A stretch of 64,000 nucleotides of DNA, taken from positions 7,750,001 to 7,814,000 of the forward strand of contig OX597837.1 of assembly GCA_951406725.2 (NCBI GenBank). The letters run 5' to 3'. Positions 37,385 through 51,093 of the stretch are shown piece by piece. Made by a program: the position numbers and the translations under genes. The notes below the pieces were generated by a model that was not told the origin of the DNA, made no database searches, and saw only the letters and a program-made list of their open reading frames with translations. Positions within the stretch are counted from its first letter, which is position 1; every line of letters begins with the position of its first letter. The DNA is from Octopus vulgaris (taxonomy: Eukaryota).

Positions 37385-38545
37385 GGTGATGATAGCGGAG
37401 GGATCAGCGGCGTTGGTGGTGATGATGATGGTGGTGGTAGTGGTGGTGGTGGTAGCAGAGATGGCAGTGGCGACTGTGGTGATGGTGCTGGTAGTGGTGG
37501 TGATGTTGTTGGTGTGTGGGGTTGATAGTGGTGATGGTAGTGATGGTGGTAGTGATATTGGTGGTGATGGTGGTGGTGGTGGTGGCAGAGATGGCAGTGG
37601 TGACTGTGGTGATGGTAGTGGTGGTGATGTTGTTGGAGGGTGATGGTGGGGTTGATAGTGGTGATGGTAGTGATGGTGGTGGTGGTGGTGGTGGTGGTGG
37701 CAGAGATGGCAGTGGTGACTGTGGTGATGGTGCTGGTAGTGGTGGTGATGTTGTTGGAGGGTGATGGTGGGGTTGATAGTGGTGATGGTAGTGATGGTGG
37801 TGGTGGTGATGGTGGTGGTGGCAGAGATGGCAGTGGTGACTGTGGTGATGGTGGTGCTGGTAGTGGTGGTGATGTTGTTGGAGGGTGATGGTGGGGTTGA
37901 TAGTGGTGATGGTAGTGATGGTGGTAGTGATATTTGGTGGTGATGGTGGTGGCAGAGATGGCAGTGGTGATTGTGGTGATGGTGCTGGTAGTGGTGGTGA
38001 TGTTGTTGGAGGGTGATGGTGGGGTTGATGGTGGGGTTGTGGTGGTGATGGTGATGGTGGTGGTGGTGATGGTGGTGGTAGCAGAGGTGGCAGTGGTGAC
38101 TGTGGTGATGGTGCTGGTAGTGGTGGTGATGTTGTTGGTGGTGATGGTGGGGTTGATAGTGGTGATGGTAGTGATGGTGGTGGTGGTGGTGGTGGTGGTG
38201 GCAGAGATGGCAGTGGTGACTGTGGTGATGGTGCTGGTAGTGGTGGTGATGTTGTTGGTGGTGATGGTGGGGTTGATAGTGGTGATGGTAGTGATGGTGG
38301 TGGTGGTGATGGTGGTGGTGGCAGAGATGGCAGTGGTGACTGTGGTGATGGTGCTGGTAGTGGTGGTGATGTTGTTGGTGGTGATGGTGGGGTTGATGGT
38401 GGTAGTGGTAGCGATATTGGTGGTGATGGTGGTGATGATGATGGTGGTGGTGATTGTGGTGACGGTGGTGGCAGTGGTGATGGTGGTGGTGGTAGTGATG
38501 GTGGTAGTGGTGGCGATAATGGTGGTGATGGTGGTGGTGGTAGTG
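37385..38545 (+). repeat. About 120-bp GGT-rich minisatellite
   Basis: GCAGAGATGGCAGTGGTGACTGTGGTGATGG anchor repeated about 8 times. Confidence 0.92.
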
Positions 38546-38757
38546 AGATTTTTGAGTTTTTCTGCATAATGTGTTTCAAAATTGAAATTCCATTGAAAGC
38601 ATCATCAGCAGTGCTAACATCACTAACAGCAACAGCATCATCATCACTACCACCACCACAACTTCCATCATTACTATCATATCGCCATCATCGTCAACAT
38701 CACCGCTGCTAGCCTAACCCTCATCATCATAACACAGACACACAAACATATACATAC

Positions 38758-38792
<35 letters not shown>

Positions 38793-38796
38793 AAGT

Positions 38797-39008
38797 TAAT
38801 CCAAACAAGAAAGCACAAAAAAACACAACAACACGAGGACATGGAACAAATATAGTATTATTGGACACACCTGAAGGAAGGAAAGAAGGAGGGTTTAACG
38901 TTTCGAGCGGAGCTCTTTGTTGGAAACATAGGAAAAGGAAAGATCCAGAGAAGGGAAGACAGAGGAAAAAAATCGCCAACAGTACACACGAGGTCACATT
39001 TTGAAAGG
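38797..39008 (-). mobile_element. Monomer of the hammerhead-bearing short element, in (TA)n
   Basis: Collinear with the units at 51682-52043; decayed core GTTT-CCAACAA-A-GAGC-TCC-GCTC-GAAAC-GTT-AAAC at 38893-38927. Confidence 0.7.
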
Positions 39009-39011
39009 TAT

Positions 39012-39057
<46 letters not shown>

Positions 39058-39669
39058 CGGGCTTCTTTCAGTTTCCGTCTACCAAATCCAATCACAAGGC
39101 TTTGGTCGGCCCGAGGCTTTAGTAGAAGACACTTGCCCAAGGTGCCATGCAGTGGGAGTGAACCCAGAACCATGTGGTTCGTAAGCAAGCTACTTACCAC
39201 ACAGCCACTCCTGTGCCTATATGTATGTAGAGGGGATGTCACCAGAACCACAATGAGAAGATAAACTGCAAGAGGTGGGAAATGTGTCACCTTGTACTCA
39301 GCACTTGATTAACCATTAAGCAAAACAAGCACATGCTAAGGGCACCAAGGGAAGGAGGGGGCACCACAGAAATGGTAAAAGGTTTACAGCACAAAAGAAA
39401 TCATTTTAAACTTGATAAAATAAATATTCGGGATGCCTTTATCTCTACTAAGTATAGATGCAGATGTGTTACCCAAGATTAATTTTGAGGATCTGATTGA
39501 TCAAGGACTTTGCAATTCAAAAAAGTAGGAGGAAGCTTTTCAAATATAAATAAAGTGGAAGTAGACAAAAATAAACATTATTTTCCCCTCTAACTTTTTT
39601 TGTTTCGTTTTGAAAAATAAAAGTATATTTTATGGTTTATTATGGTTTGTTATTGTTGAATTACATAAT

Positions 39670-40076
39670 AGGCGCAGGAGTGGCTGATTGGTAAGGGGCT
39701 TGTTTACCAACCACATGGTTCCGGGTTCAGTCCCACTGCGTGGCACCTTCGGCAAGTGTCTTCTACTATAGCCTCGGGCCGACCAAAGCCTTGTGAGTAA
39801 ATTTGGTAGACGGAAACTGAAAGAAGCCCGTCATACATATGTATATATACATATGCGTGTGTGTGTTTGTGTATCTGTGTTTGTCCCCCTAGCATTGCTT
39901 GACAACCGATGCTGGTGTGTTTATGACCCTGTTACTTAGCGGTTCGGTAAAAGAGACCGATAGAATAAGTACTGGGCTTAAAAAAGAATAAGTTCCAGGG
40001 TCGATTTGCTCGACTAAAGGTGGTGCTCCAGCATGGCCGCAGTCAAATGACTGAAACGAGTAAAAGAGTAAAGAGT
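39670..40076 (+). mobile_element. SINE family A, full length
   Basis: AGGCGCAGGAGTGGCTG … GGGTTCAGTCCC … GTAAAAGAGTAAAGAG. Confidence 0.9.
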
Positions 40077-40564
40077 AATCTTTAATGGGGGTACCAAAAT
40101 CTTTTAAGTGCTTAGGGCCTCAATGGGTTTTAATCCCAGCCCTGCTTGTACTCTTTTCCAAAGGTGGATATGTCAATCCTCCGAAGCTCCATGAAAGATC
40201 AACAGTATGAAATGTCCTTCCTCCTAGATCGGCTGATTCAACATGTAGTGTGAGAAAGAGCTTGCAAGTCAATTTTAGATCTGATAAGACATATGGCAGT
40301 TCACAGGGATCATATCTCACAAGGTGATCTAATCAATCCAGAAAAGATGAACACAGGTGAAGGAACAAAAGTCAGGTGTATTTGTTTAATACTAGGGAAG
40401 AATGGAAAATTCCTTGATGTTTTGAGCGTATGCTCTTTGACAGAAAGGACTGAGAGGGGAAAAAAGGCAGAGAGAACAAAAACACAAAAAAGAGGAAAAA
40501 GCATGTGCAGGAATTAATGGTTCAACACGTAGAAATATATATATACATATGCATACATATATAT

Positions 40565-40890
40565 ATATCTTTATTCTTTTATTCATTTCAGTCATTTGAC
40601 TGTGGCCATGTTGGAGCACCACTTTTAGTTGAACAAACTGACCCCAGGACTTAGTCTTTGTAAGCCTAGTACTTATTCTATCGATATCTTTTGCCGAACC
40701 ACTAAGTTACAGGGACGTAAGTCTACCAGCATTGGTTCTGTGGACAAACACAGACATATATATATATATATACGAAAGGCTTCTTTCAGTTTCCATCTAC
40801 CAAATCCACACACAAGGTATAGGTCGGCACAACATGCCATGCAGAGGAACTGAACCTGAGACCAGCATGGCTGAGAAACATGCTCCTTAA
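40565..40890 (-). mobile_element. Diverged SINE family A copy
   Basis: Motif-level match with internal deletions. Confidence 0.75.
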
Positions 40891-41811
40891 CCTCACGGCC
40901 AGACCTGTGTTTGTATATATTTGCATGTGTGTGTACGAGTAAAAGCGGTGAACTGCAAGAGTGTGCATGTGTGCATCTGATAAAAAGGCATGCATGTGCT
41001 TGTACACATGCATTATATGCACTAATATTAATGCATCTGCATAATTCTCACACACACGCAGCACAGAATACACACACACGTGTATGAACACTTAGTGGTT
41101 AAAACTCCATGGTGAGATCATGTGTGTGCACATATGCACACACACACACACAGCCCATCCAATGGATAATAAACATTAAACGATGATCATGATGACACAT
41201 ATGGTGGTACACTTAGGCACAAATATAATATACATACATACCTACATACATACAAATATATATGTGTATGTGTGTATATATAGATAAATATGTATATACA
41301 TGCACACATGAATATATATATAGACATATACATCTACACACATACTCAAATGCACACATACATATATACATATGCTCTCTCACACACACATACACATATA
41401 TATGTATATATATATATATATATATAGATGCACATCCATATATAATTTACACGTACATAAATATATATACACATATATACATATATACATGTACACATAT
41501 GTACACTTAGGCACAAATATAATATGCATATAGGTATATGTAAAAACACACACATTCATATGTACATATATATATATATATATGTACATACTATTACACT
41601 AACACCCGGCCACACACACATATATATAGATACATATACAGATGCACACATCTATATATAATATACATATATATATATATATATATACACACACATATAT
41701 ATACAGGTATGAGCAATATAGGATTATGGAGGTTATCTGTGGAAGCACACATGCTTCAAAGCTTGTATACACGTGAACGTCAGTATGTGTGTGTATGTGT
41801 GTGTATATAAG

Positions 41812-41845
<34 letters not shown>

Positions 41846-42564
41846 TATATATATACATATATATATACATATATTTTATACATATATATAAATATATAAA
41901 TTTGGGAAATATACATACATATATATATATAAATACATATAGTATTTTTATTTTTAGTTGCGTTAAAGCCCCTAAGTTCCCTTTTAATACGGCTGAGACA
42001 AACCTACTAAGTTCCATCTTCGGTTCCTTAAAATATTCCTAGTGGAAGCCATTTTTACTGTTTCATTTTTAGCTTTCTTCAATAATTCCATAAAAAAAAA
42101 AATCCACTACCACTACCACCACCACCATAACCACTGCCGCTTGTACCTGCACTACCACCACCACCACCACCAACGACACAAAGAACTAAAAACAGCAGCA
42201 GCACCACCACCACCACCACCACTACTGCAGCCGCCGCCGATGCTGACATTACATAAATGAAGAATTCTTGAATTCTTGCAAGTGCCAAGACTCAAAGAAT
42301 TAATCTTGGATTTCATCACATCTTGTTGACAGCTGAGCGGAGGTAAAACTTTTAGATGGCTTCTTCATCCTCAGCATCATCATTATCATCATCATCATCG
42401 TCGTCATCATACTATTGCTGTAGTTGTCGTCGTAGTTTTTGTCGCTTTAACCGTCGTTGTCATCGCCGACACCGACCCCCCACCCCACTCCGCCATCGTC
42501 ACCTTCACCACCATCTCTGCCACTACAGCCACCGTCATCATCATCATAATGATTATAATAATAA

Positions 42565-42968
42565 CCTATTTCTCTACTACCCACAAGGGGCTAAACACAG
42601 AGAGGACAAACAAAGACAGACAAACGGATTAAGTTAATTATATCGACCCCAGTGCGCAACTGGTACTTAATTTATCGACCCCGAAAGGATGAAAGGCAAA
42701 TTTGACCTCGGCGGAATTTGAACTCAGAACATAGCGGCAGACGAAACACCAATTTCTTTACTGCCCACAAGGGGCTAAACACAGAGGGGACAAAGAAGGA
42801 CAGACAAACGGATTAAGTCGATTATATCGACCCCAGTGCATAACTGGTACTTAATTTATCGACCCCGAAAGGATGAAAGGCAAAGTCGACCTCGGCGGAA
42901 TTTGAACTCAGAGCGTAATGGCAGACGAAATACGGTTACGCATTTCGCCCCGCGTGCTAACATTTCTG
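42565..42968 (-). mobile_element. SINE family B with duplicated body
   Basis: Two successive CCGAAAGGATGAAAGGC…GGAATTTGAACTCAG blocks. Confidence 0.85.
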
Positions 42969-43149
42969 TGGTTGTGATGCATGTGCCTAGTGTGCCCTTA
43001 TCAAACGGGTAGTCAGGATGGGTATACTGGGCTTCGTATATTTTACCCCAGTGTCACTTTGATGGCATGCACTGCAATAATAATAATAATAATAATGACC
43101 ATCACTATCGCTCCACTACCATCACAATAATAATAATGGTTGCAAAATT

Positions 43150-43192
<43 letters not shown>

Positions 43193-43311
43193 CTTGAAAA
43201 GAAGAGAGAGGGAAAGTTTGAAGGCAAGAGAGAGAAACAGAGAGAGAGAGAGAGAGAGAGCTTGAATACAAGAGAGAGAGAACTTGAAAGAAAGAGAGAA
43301 ATAGAGAGCTT

Positions 43312-43343
<32 letters not shown>

Positions 43344-43645
43344 TAAAGAGAGAGAGCTTGAATACAAGAGAGAGAGATGGAGATGGAGATCAAGAGAGAT
43401 GGAATAAAAGAGAAAATAGATGAAGCAACTGACCAACAGACAGATCTAAATATAGAGATTTAGAAAAAAAAAAGAAAAAAACAACAAAAACTGGAAAACA
43501 AAGGAAAAAAAGTACAAAATTTCCTCCCCATTCACCCCACCCACCAAAAAAAGAAAAAAAAGGGAGGTGGTGCAGGACACGGCACACAAAAATTCCAAGC
43601 CAAAATTTTTAACCCACAAAGGGATTTGGAACAAACAACAACAGC

Positions 43646-43806
43646 AAGGAGTGGCTGTGTGGTAAGTAGCTTGCTTACCAACCACATGGTTCTGGGTTCA
43701 GTCCCACTGCGTGGCACCTTGGGCAAGTGTCTTCTGCTATAGCCCCGGGCCGACCAATGCCTTGTGAGTGGATTTGGTAGACGGAAAGTGAAAGAAGCCC
43801 GTCGTA

Positions 43807-43848
<42 letters not shown>

Positions 43849-44265
43849 TGTGTGTGTTTGTGTATCTGTGTTTGTCCCCCTAGCATTGCTGGTGTGTTTA
43901 TGTCCCCGTTACTTAGCGGTTCGGCAAAAGAGGCCGATAGAATAAGTACTGGGCTTACAAAAGAATAAGTCCCGAGGTCGAGTTGCTCGATTAAAGGCGG
44001 TGCTCCAGCATGGCCGCAGTCAAAATGACTGACACAAGTAAAAGAGTATATATATGTGTGTGTCTGTGTGTCTGTGTTTGTCCCCCCTAGCATTGCTTGA
44101 CAACTGATGCTGGTGTGTTTATGTCCCCGTAACTGAGCGGTTCAGCAAAAGAGACTGATAGAATAAGTACTGGGCTTACAAAAAGAATAAGTCCCGGGGT
44201 CGATTTGCTCGACTAAAAGGTGGTGCTCCAGCATGGCCCCAGTCAAATGACTAAAAGAGTAAAAA
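43646..44265 (+). mobile_element. SINE family A plus a tandem second 3' half
   Basis: Full copy to about 44047, then the post-microsatellite half again at 44055-44265. Confidence 0.88.
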
Positions 44266-46826
44266 GCAACAGCAACAACAACAATAACTGGCCCTTTCTA
44301 GATTTATAATTTTGGTCAGTTTCTCATTATATGGCCATCTATTTGTCTGACAGTGCTTCTGTGTCTCTGCTTGTCCAGTCTCCACCACCACCACCACCAC
44401 CACCATGTCTGTCTATCTGTCCGCATGTCTGTCAGTCTGTCCGTCCGTCCGTGCGTCTGGTCTGTCTGTCGGTCGGTCGGTCCCTTAATTAAGAGATTAA
44501 ATCAAAAGCCATATCCAGGTAAGTTTTTATTTTAGAACACCTGCCAACTCAATCAAAACAGCAGTGTGGGAGGAGAAGGAGGAGGGGGACGACGGGGAGA
44601 GGGGAGAACGGAGAAGAGGAAAAGAGAGAGGGAGGGAGGGAGATGGGAAGAGGTGAAGACGGGGTGTGGTGGGGTGGGGGTGAGAGTGGAGGTGTGGAGA
44701 AGGAGGGGAAGAGGCCGTGAGGGAAGTGGTTAGTTCAGGTTTTATTCCTGGCTACAACAACTACTACTACTACTACTACTACTACCAATACAGCTTTTGC
44801 TGCTACTACTACTACTACTACTACTACTACTGCTGCCAAACTAGCACATATGGTGCCATCACCGCCCTCACCACCACCACCACCACCACCACCAGATATT
44901 GCTTCTATTGGACAACAGTGAAAATAATAACACCACACACTAATAACAACTACAATAAACTACTATAGTGATAATGCTAACAACAACAACAACAGCAACA
45001 ACAATAACACTGTTTTCTCCCTCTCCCCCCCCTCGCTTCACCATCAACCCTACCCCACCCCCGTTCCCTGTCCTGGCACAACTCCATCATACTCTCAATT
45101 CAACTACAAGATAATGCTCTCATACCATTCTATTATAATTGCAGCAAGGTGGCATGTGTGTGTGTGTGTGTCTATTTATATATGTGTGTGTGTGTACCTA
45201 GTTGTATGTATATACACAAATTTGTGTATGTATATACACAAATACATATATATATATATATACACATATATATCTGTTTGTGTGAGAGAGTACACAGATG
45301 CATGTATAAACACAAATATATATATATGTATACAAAAAATACATGTGCGCGTGCACATGTATGTATATACACAAATATATATATATATATAAATATATAT
45401 ATATACACACACACATAAAATACGTGTGTACATGTGTGTGCGTGTACACGAACACATATTACACATATATACATATACATATATATATACTCATATGCAC
45501 ACATATACATATATACATGTACACTCTTATACCCGCTATACATCCATTTACACACACATACACATGTATTCCACATATATACAAATATATACACATACAC
45601 ATATATATTCACACACACTATATATACACGTGCATGCATATACTCACTATATATACATTTATTTATATATAAACAAACTACATATATATATGTATATATA
45701 CATATGCATACACATTTACTGTTACTAGTTTGTTTCAATGTCCTGTGGCCATGCTGGAGCATCAACTTCAAAGAGCCTCCATTAGACTATATCAACTTCA
45801 TATTTTGTCCCACATCCATCGTATTGATTTCTGTTTATTGAACAGCTCAGCTCAAAATTACATCCTTTTACACAATACAACTACCACAAGGTATTCACAC
45901 ACACACACACTTCTTTCAGATGTGATGTGAAATCATATGTGTATATGTCAATCAGATGTGTATATTTTGGATGTGTTGGGTCAAAGCTGCCCACTCATCC
46001 AAAGAGGTGAAATTTGTTATAAATATTGATAGGCACAGGTGTGGTTCCAGGTTCAGTCCCACTGTGTAGCACCTTGGGCTAGCGTTTTCTACTATGGCCT
46101 CGGACCAACCAAAACCTTGTGAGTGGATTTGGTAGACAGAAACTGAAAGACACCTGTCGTATGTGTGTGTGTGTGTATATGTGTGTTTCTTTGTGTCTGT
46201 GTTTGTCCCACACTACTGCTTGACAACCGGGGTTCATGTGTTTACGTGTCTGTAATTTGGAGGTTCAGAAGAAAAGACCATTAGACTAAAGAGTCTTCGA
46301 TCCTGTTCAGGTGCATAGTATTGATAAGCCACAAAAATGATGAAACATCATTGTCCATAACCCCTGGATGGAATCGCTTTTCCATGACTTCCAGTTGTTT
46401 TAACCCTCAGCATTTTGAGGGAGTATTCTCCACTGTACCAAATCGCAGCCTACCGGCAAATACACAGGTTGTATGAGTTGAGTATATGTGATCAATGATG
46501 TTTATTACACTAGTGTTGCTTCTGTTTCATATTTGAATAATAGTGAGGTTTTCAAATTTTGGCACAAGGCCAGTAAGTTTAGAAGAGGGTTAAGTCGATT
46601 ACATCAGCCCCCAGTACTTGACTGGTGCTTTATTTTATTGACCTTGAAGGAATGAAAGGCTAAGTCAACCTCAGCAAGATTTGATCTAGAGCGAGACAGA
46701 ATTCCACTGAACATTTGGGCCGATATGCAGATGATCTTGTCTTGAGCTTATCTGCTAATATTATCATAAATGTCTTAAGCTTATCTGTCTTGAGATAATC
46801 TGTTAATATTATCATGAATTATAATG

Positions 46827-47135
46827 TTGTTGTTGTTTGTTCCTTTTTGAGCTGTGCCTGGCTCATAAGGGCCAGTTTCTTGATTTCCTTGGCATATAGG
46901 TTCCCCACCTGAACGGGATGCCAGTCCGTACAGGTGAGCCACTAGATGCAGGAGGAAAGAGTGTGAGCGAAATTTGTGGAGAAAGGGTCAGCAGAAGTTC
47001 ACCATTACTTTCTGCTGGAGCCACATGGAGCTAAAGTTTTCACTCATAAACACAGCCATTGCCCTGTCTGAGATTTGAACCCGCAATCCCTCGACAGCAA
47101 GTCCGCTGCTTTAACCACTAGGCCATGTGCCTCTA
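46827..47135 (-). mobile_element. tRNA-derived SINE family C1 with 14-bp TSD
   Basis: Reverse complement of 56985-57285; TSD CATGAATTATAATG at 46813-46826 and 47136-47149; (ACA)n tail. Confidence 0.88.
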
Positions 47136-47464
47136 CATGAATTATAATGGGGAACTAATTTTTCTGCCCCGCTGTTATGGAATATTGTGGCAGTAGTTTT
47201 GAGATAGCAATTCACATCCCGCAGTTAATGGTAACACAAAAAGAAATTGGCCACATGGTTGGTAACCAGAGAGTAACCAATATCAGAACCAAAAGGTTAA
47301 GAAACAGCCTACTAACACACATACTGCATTAATTAGTTAAGTTGTTTTAATGAATTTGTCAAAAAATTTATTAACGGAAAGTGACATTTTTTTTTTTGCA
47401 ATAAATTATGTTCTTGCAATAACGTGATGTAATCTGGTCGTAAATTCATTTGCAAATCTAATAA

Positions 47465-48105
47465 TGGTTTCAAATTTTGGCAAAAGGCCAGCAATTTGAG
47501 GGGAGGGGGTAAACCAATTACACTGACCTAAGTGTTCCACTGTATTCATTTTATCGACCACCAAAAGGATGAAAGACAATGACAACCTTTGGGGTACTTA
47601 AACTCAGAATTTAAAGAGCTCAGAGAGATACCATTAAGAATTATGTCCAGCTCACTTACAACTCTACCAGATCACCCCTTCTTTCTGATTTTGGCACAAG
47701 GCCAGCGATTTTGAGGGGAGGGGAAAATATCGATTACATTAACCCCAGAACTCAATTGGTATCGATTCTGAAAGAATAAAACGTAAATTTGACCTTGGTG
47801 GAATTTGACCTCAGAACTTAAAGAACTGGAAGAAATGTTGCTAAATATAGTTATGTCCAGCATATGAAAACTTCTGTCAATGTGGTCACTACTTTCTTTC
47901 TTATTGTGGCACAAGAACAGAAATTTTGAGGGGAGTGGGGTAGGTCAATTACATCAACCCCAATGCTTGACCCTTACTTATATAATTAAGCCTGAAATTA
48001 TAAAAGACAAAGCTGACCTAGGCAGAATTTGAACTCAGAACTTAGAGATCAAGAAGAAATGCTACCAAACACCTTGTCCAAAGCCACTAATGATTCTGAC
48101 ACTTT
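47465..48105 (-). mobile_element. Three diverged tandem family B-related SINEs
   Basis: Three units each with TGGCACAAG(G)CCAG…GAGGG…AACTCAGAACTTA; another copy lies at 46545-46740. Confidence 0.7.
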
Positions 48106-48351
48106 GTGGTGCTTTAACATATTTTGTGACCATTAAATGTATATCTATCTAGGCAAAGTGGCTGAGTTCCTTTCAATGGCACCCATTACACTCTCTGAGT
48201 GGTTGGCATTAGGAAGGGCACCCAGCTGTAGAAAACCATGCCAAATCCGACTGAAGTCTGATGCAACCTTCCAGCTTACCAGCCCTGGTCAAACTGTCCA
48301 ACCCATGCCAGCATGGACAACAGACGTTAAATGATGATAATATATATATAT

Positions 48352-48505
48352 TTGCTCTCCTTGTTTTTTCTGTGTCCCTTTCTGTAGAAGAGCATAGGCT
48401 CGAAACATAGAAGACTTTTTCTATTCCTGAGTGTTATACTAATACATCTGTTTGTTTTGTACACCACATGTCTTCGTCTTTTGTTTTTTTCATAAACTCT
48501 CCCTA
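48352..48505 (+). mobile_element. Short hammerhead-motif element in (TA)n
   Basis: CTTT-CTGTAGA-A-GAGC-ATAG-GCTC-GAAAC-ATA-GAAG at 48378-48413; near-identical copy at 49006-49160. Confidence 0.65.
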
Positions 48506-48506
48506 T

Positions 48507-48899
48507 ATCATCATCATCATCATCATTTAACGTCCGCTTTCCATGCTAGCACGGGTTGGACGGTTCAACTGGGGTCTGGGGAGCCCGAAGGCTGCACCAG
48601 GCCAGTCAGATCTGGCAGTGTTTCTACAGCTGGATGCCCTTCCTAACGCCAACCACTCCGAGAGTGTAGTGGGTGATTTTATGTGCCACCGACACAGGTG
48701 CCAGACGAGGCTGGCGAACGGCCACGCTCGGATGGTGTTTTTATGTGCCACCGACACAGGTGCCAGACGAGGCTGACGAACGGCCACGATCGGATGGTGT
48801 TTCTTACGTGCCCACAGCACGGAGGCCAGTCGATGCGGTACTGGCTACGGCCACGTTCGGATGGTTTTCTTGTGTGCCACCGGCACTGTTACCACAAAG

Positions 48900-48900
<1 letters not shown>
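48507..48900 (-). mobile_element. RTE-type 3' end with 59-bp internal tandem repeat
   Basis: (CAT)n tail, GGATGCCCTTCCTAACGCCAACC, duplicated TTTATGTGCCACCGACACAGGTGCCAGACGAGGCTG. Confidence 0.8.
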
Positions 48901-48937
<37 letters not shown>

Positions 48938-49005
48938 GTATTATTATATATATATATATATATATATATGTTTGTATGTATGTATCTACATATATATAGA
49001 TATAG

Positions 49006-49160
49006 TTTTCTCTCCTTGTTTTTTCTGTGTCCCTTTCTGTAGAAGAGCATAGGCTCGAAACATAGAAGACTTTTTCTATTCCTGAGTGTTATACTAATAC
49101 ATCTGTTTGTTTTGTACACCACCTGTCTTCGTCTTTTGCTTTTTCCGTAAATTCATCTTA
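49006..49160 (+). mobile_element. Short hammerhead-motif element (duplicate of 48352-48505)
   Basis: Same motif at about 49033-49068. Confidence 0.65.
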
Positions 49161-49189
49161 TAGATATATATATGCACACATACATACAT

Positions 49190-49475
49190 GAGGGCACGTG
49201 GCTTAGTAGTTAGGGTATTTCACTCATGCAAGATCGTGGTTTTAATTCTTAGACCAGGAGTTGCATTGTGTTCTTCAGCAAGATGCTTCACCTCACATTG
49301 CCCTGTATTCACTTCAACAGCAGACGTGAGGTGCACCGTGCACCTGTTCAGACAAGGTTCACTCAATGGAGAGAGTTAGCTAATGTGCATCTCAAACATT
49401 TGGTCATTATAAACAAATTATTTGTGAGAGTTGTTCGGCAAGAGTTGAATGCTTATACATCATCTTTGACAGATG
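49190..49475 (+). mobile_element. Older tRNA-derived SINE, family D
   Basis: GGCACGTGGCTTAGTAGTTAGG A-box head; related heads at 60990 and about 62390. Confidence 0.55.
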
Positions 49476-49478
49476 AAT

Positions 49479-49531
<53 letters not shown>

Positions 49532-49540
49532 CACTCCATG

Positions 49541-49693
49541 GTCATGTTTTTTATTATGGTATTTTAACATCAAGAACAATGTAGATATGAACTGCAAAAG
49601 TGGAAATTTGATCTACAGTAGATCAAATTTCTGCTTTTACAGTTCATATCTACATTGTTCTTAATGTTGAAATACCATAATGAAAATCGTGAC
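49541..49693. repeat. Near-perfect palindrome with about 76-bp arms and 1-nt centre, between (TA)n tracts
   Basis: …GAAATTTGATCTAC-A-GTAGATCAAATTTC…, centre at 49617. Confidence 0.9.
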
Positions 49694-49859
49694 AACCAGA
49701 CCATGTCTTAACTTTATTCAACTGATATATATATATGTGCTTGACTACAGAGAAAATGCATAACTTTGAAAGAAATTAAGTACCAGTTGCGTGCTAGGGT
49801 GAGCTAATTGACTAGCTTTGTCCCCAAAATTTCTGGCCTTGTGTCTGGAGTAGAAAAGA

Positions 49860-50576
49860 TCATTATTATTATCATTATTATTATTATTGTTGTTGTTGTT
49901 GTTTCAAAGCCCACTTGTCCCTTGTATTGCTCCTATTTGTTTTGTATTTGACCCTTGTGGCCAATAAAGAAATCATCATCATTATCATCATCATCATCAT
50001 TATTATTATTGTTATTGCTATTATCATCATCATCATTATTATTATTATTATTATCATTATTATTATTATTACTATTATTACTATTATCATCATCATTAAT
50101 ATTATATACTACCCTTGTGGTAAATAAATCCCTCTTCTGTCTCCCCCCATCCTCCTCTTCCTCATCCTGTCTGGTTATTTTTACCATCATTTTCATTGTT
50201 CCCCCAACGTTGAATGGTTTCTGAAGAATGGTTAACAAGAGATGATGTTTGGCATGGAATTTATTGCTGCAACTGTTTGTTTCTAGTGATTCTTTGATTA
50301 AGTTCCTTTTTTTTTCTTTATTTTTTTTTATTTTCATTAATTATTCATTTATTTATCTATTTTTTTATTACTTTTTAATCTTTTATCCTCTATTTTTTTA
50401 TTATTTTTCTTGTACGGGTTTTATAACTATTTTTATTACTACTATTAGTAATAATACTACCATTACTATTGTTATTATTATTATTATTATTATTATTTCT
50501 ACTACTACTATAAGCATTATCATTATTGTTATTATTCCTACTACAATTACCATTATCATTATAACTACTATTATCA

Positions 50577-50607
<31 letters not shown>

Positions 50608-50715
50608 ATATCATTATTATTACCAATTATTATTATCATTGTTGTTGTTATTAATATAGTAACCATTTTTATTAATATTAGTTGTAGCATTACTATTATT
50701 ATTACCATCAATATC

Positions 50716-50756
<41 letters not shown>

Positions 50757-50772
50757 TATTATTATTATTATT
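49860..50772. repeat. (ATT/ATC)n low-complexity tracts
   Basis: Poly-Ile / poly-Asn ORFs arise here. Confidence 0.9.
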
Positions 50773-51061
50773 CAGACAATTTTCATCAAAAACAATAACA
50801 AAAACATTTTCTTTTCTTTTTTTCCCTTTTCTTTCATCATTTATATAATTTTTGCTCTCTTTTGCTTATTCCTTTTTATTCTTTATATAATTTTTTTTTA
50901 GTTGGGGAGAAGGGAGGGGGAACCTTTTTTTTTATTTATTTATTACTTTTTCCTGCATTTTTCCCCCTTTGTCGAACGGTTCTTTTTTTAGTCATTTTTT
51001 TTGGTTTTGTTTCCCTATCTATTTTTGTTAATAAGTTATCCTGGCATATATATATATATTT

Positions 51062-51093
<32 letters not shown>

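Noticed and set aside
37404-38579. 391-aa Pro/Ser/His-rich ORF resembling an extensin or mucin
   Set aside because: It coincides with a GGT minisatellite, shifts register between units, and has no signal peptide or unique domain.
40164-40323. Plus-strand exon with a single in-frame TGA (possible selenocysteine)
   Set aside because: No recognisable selenoprotein motif or SECIS was seen; one stop in about 53 codons is expected by chance.
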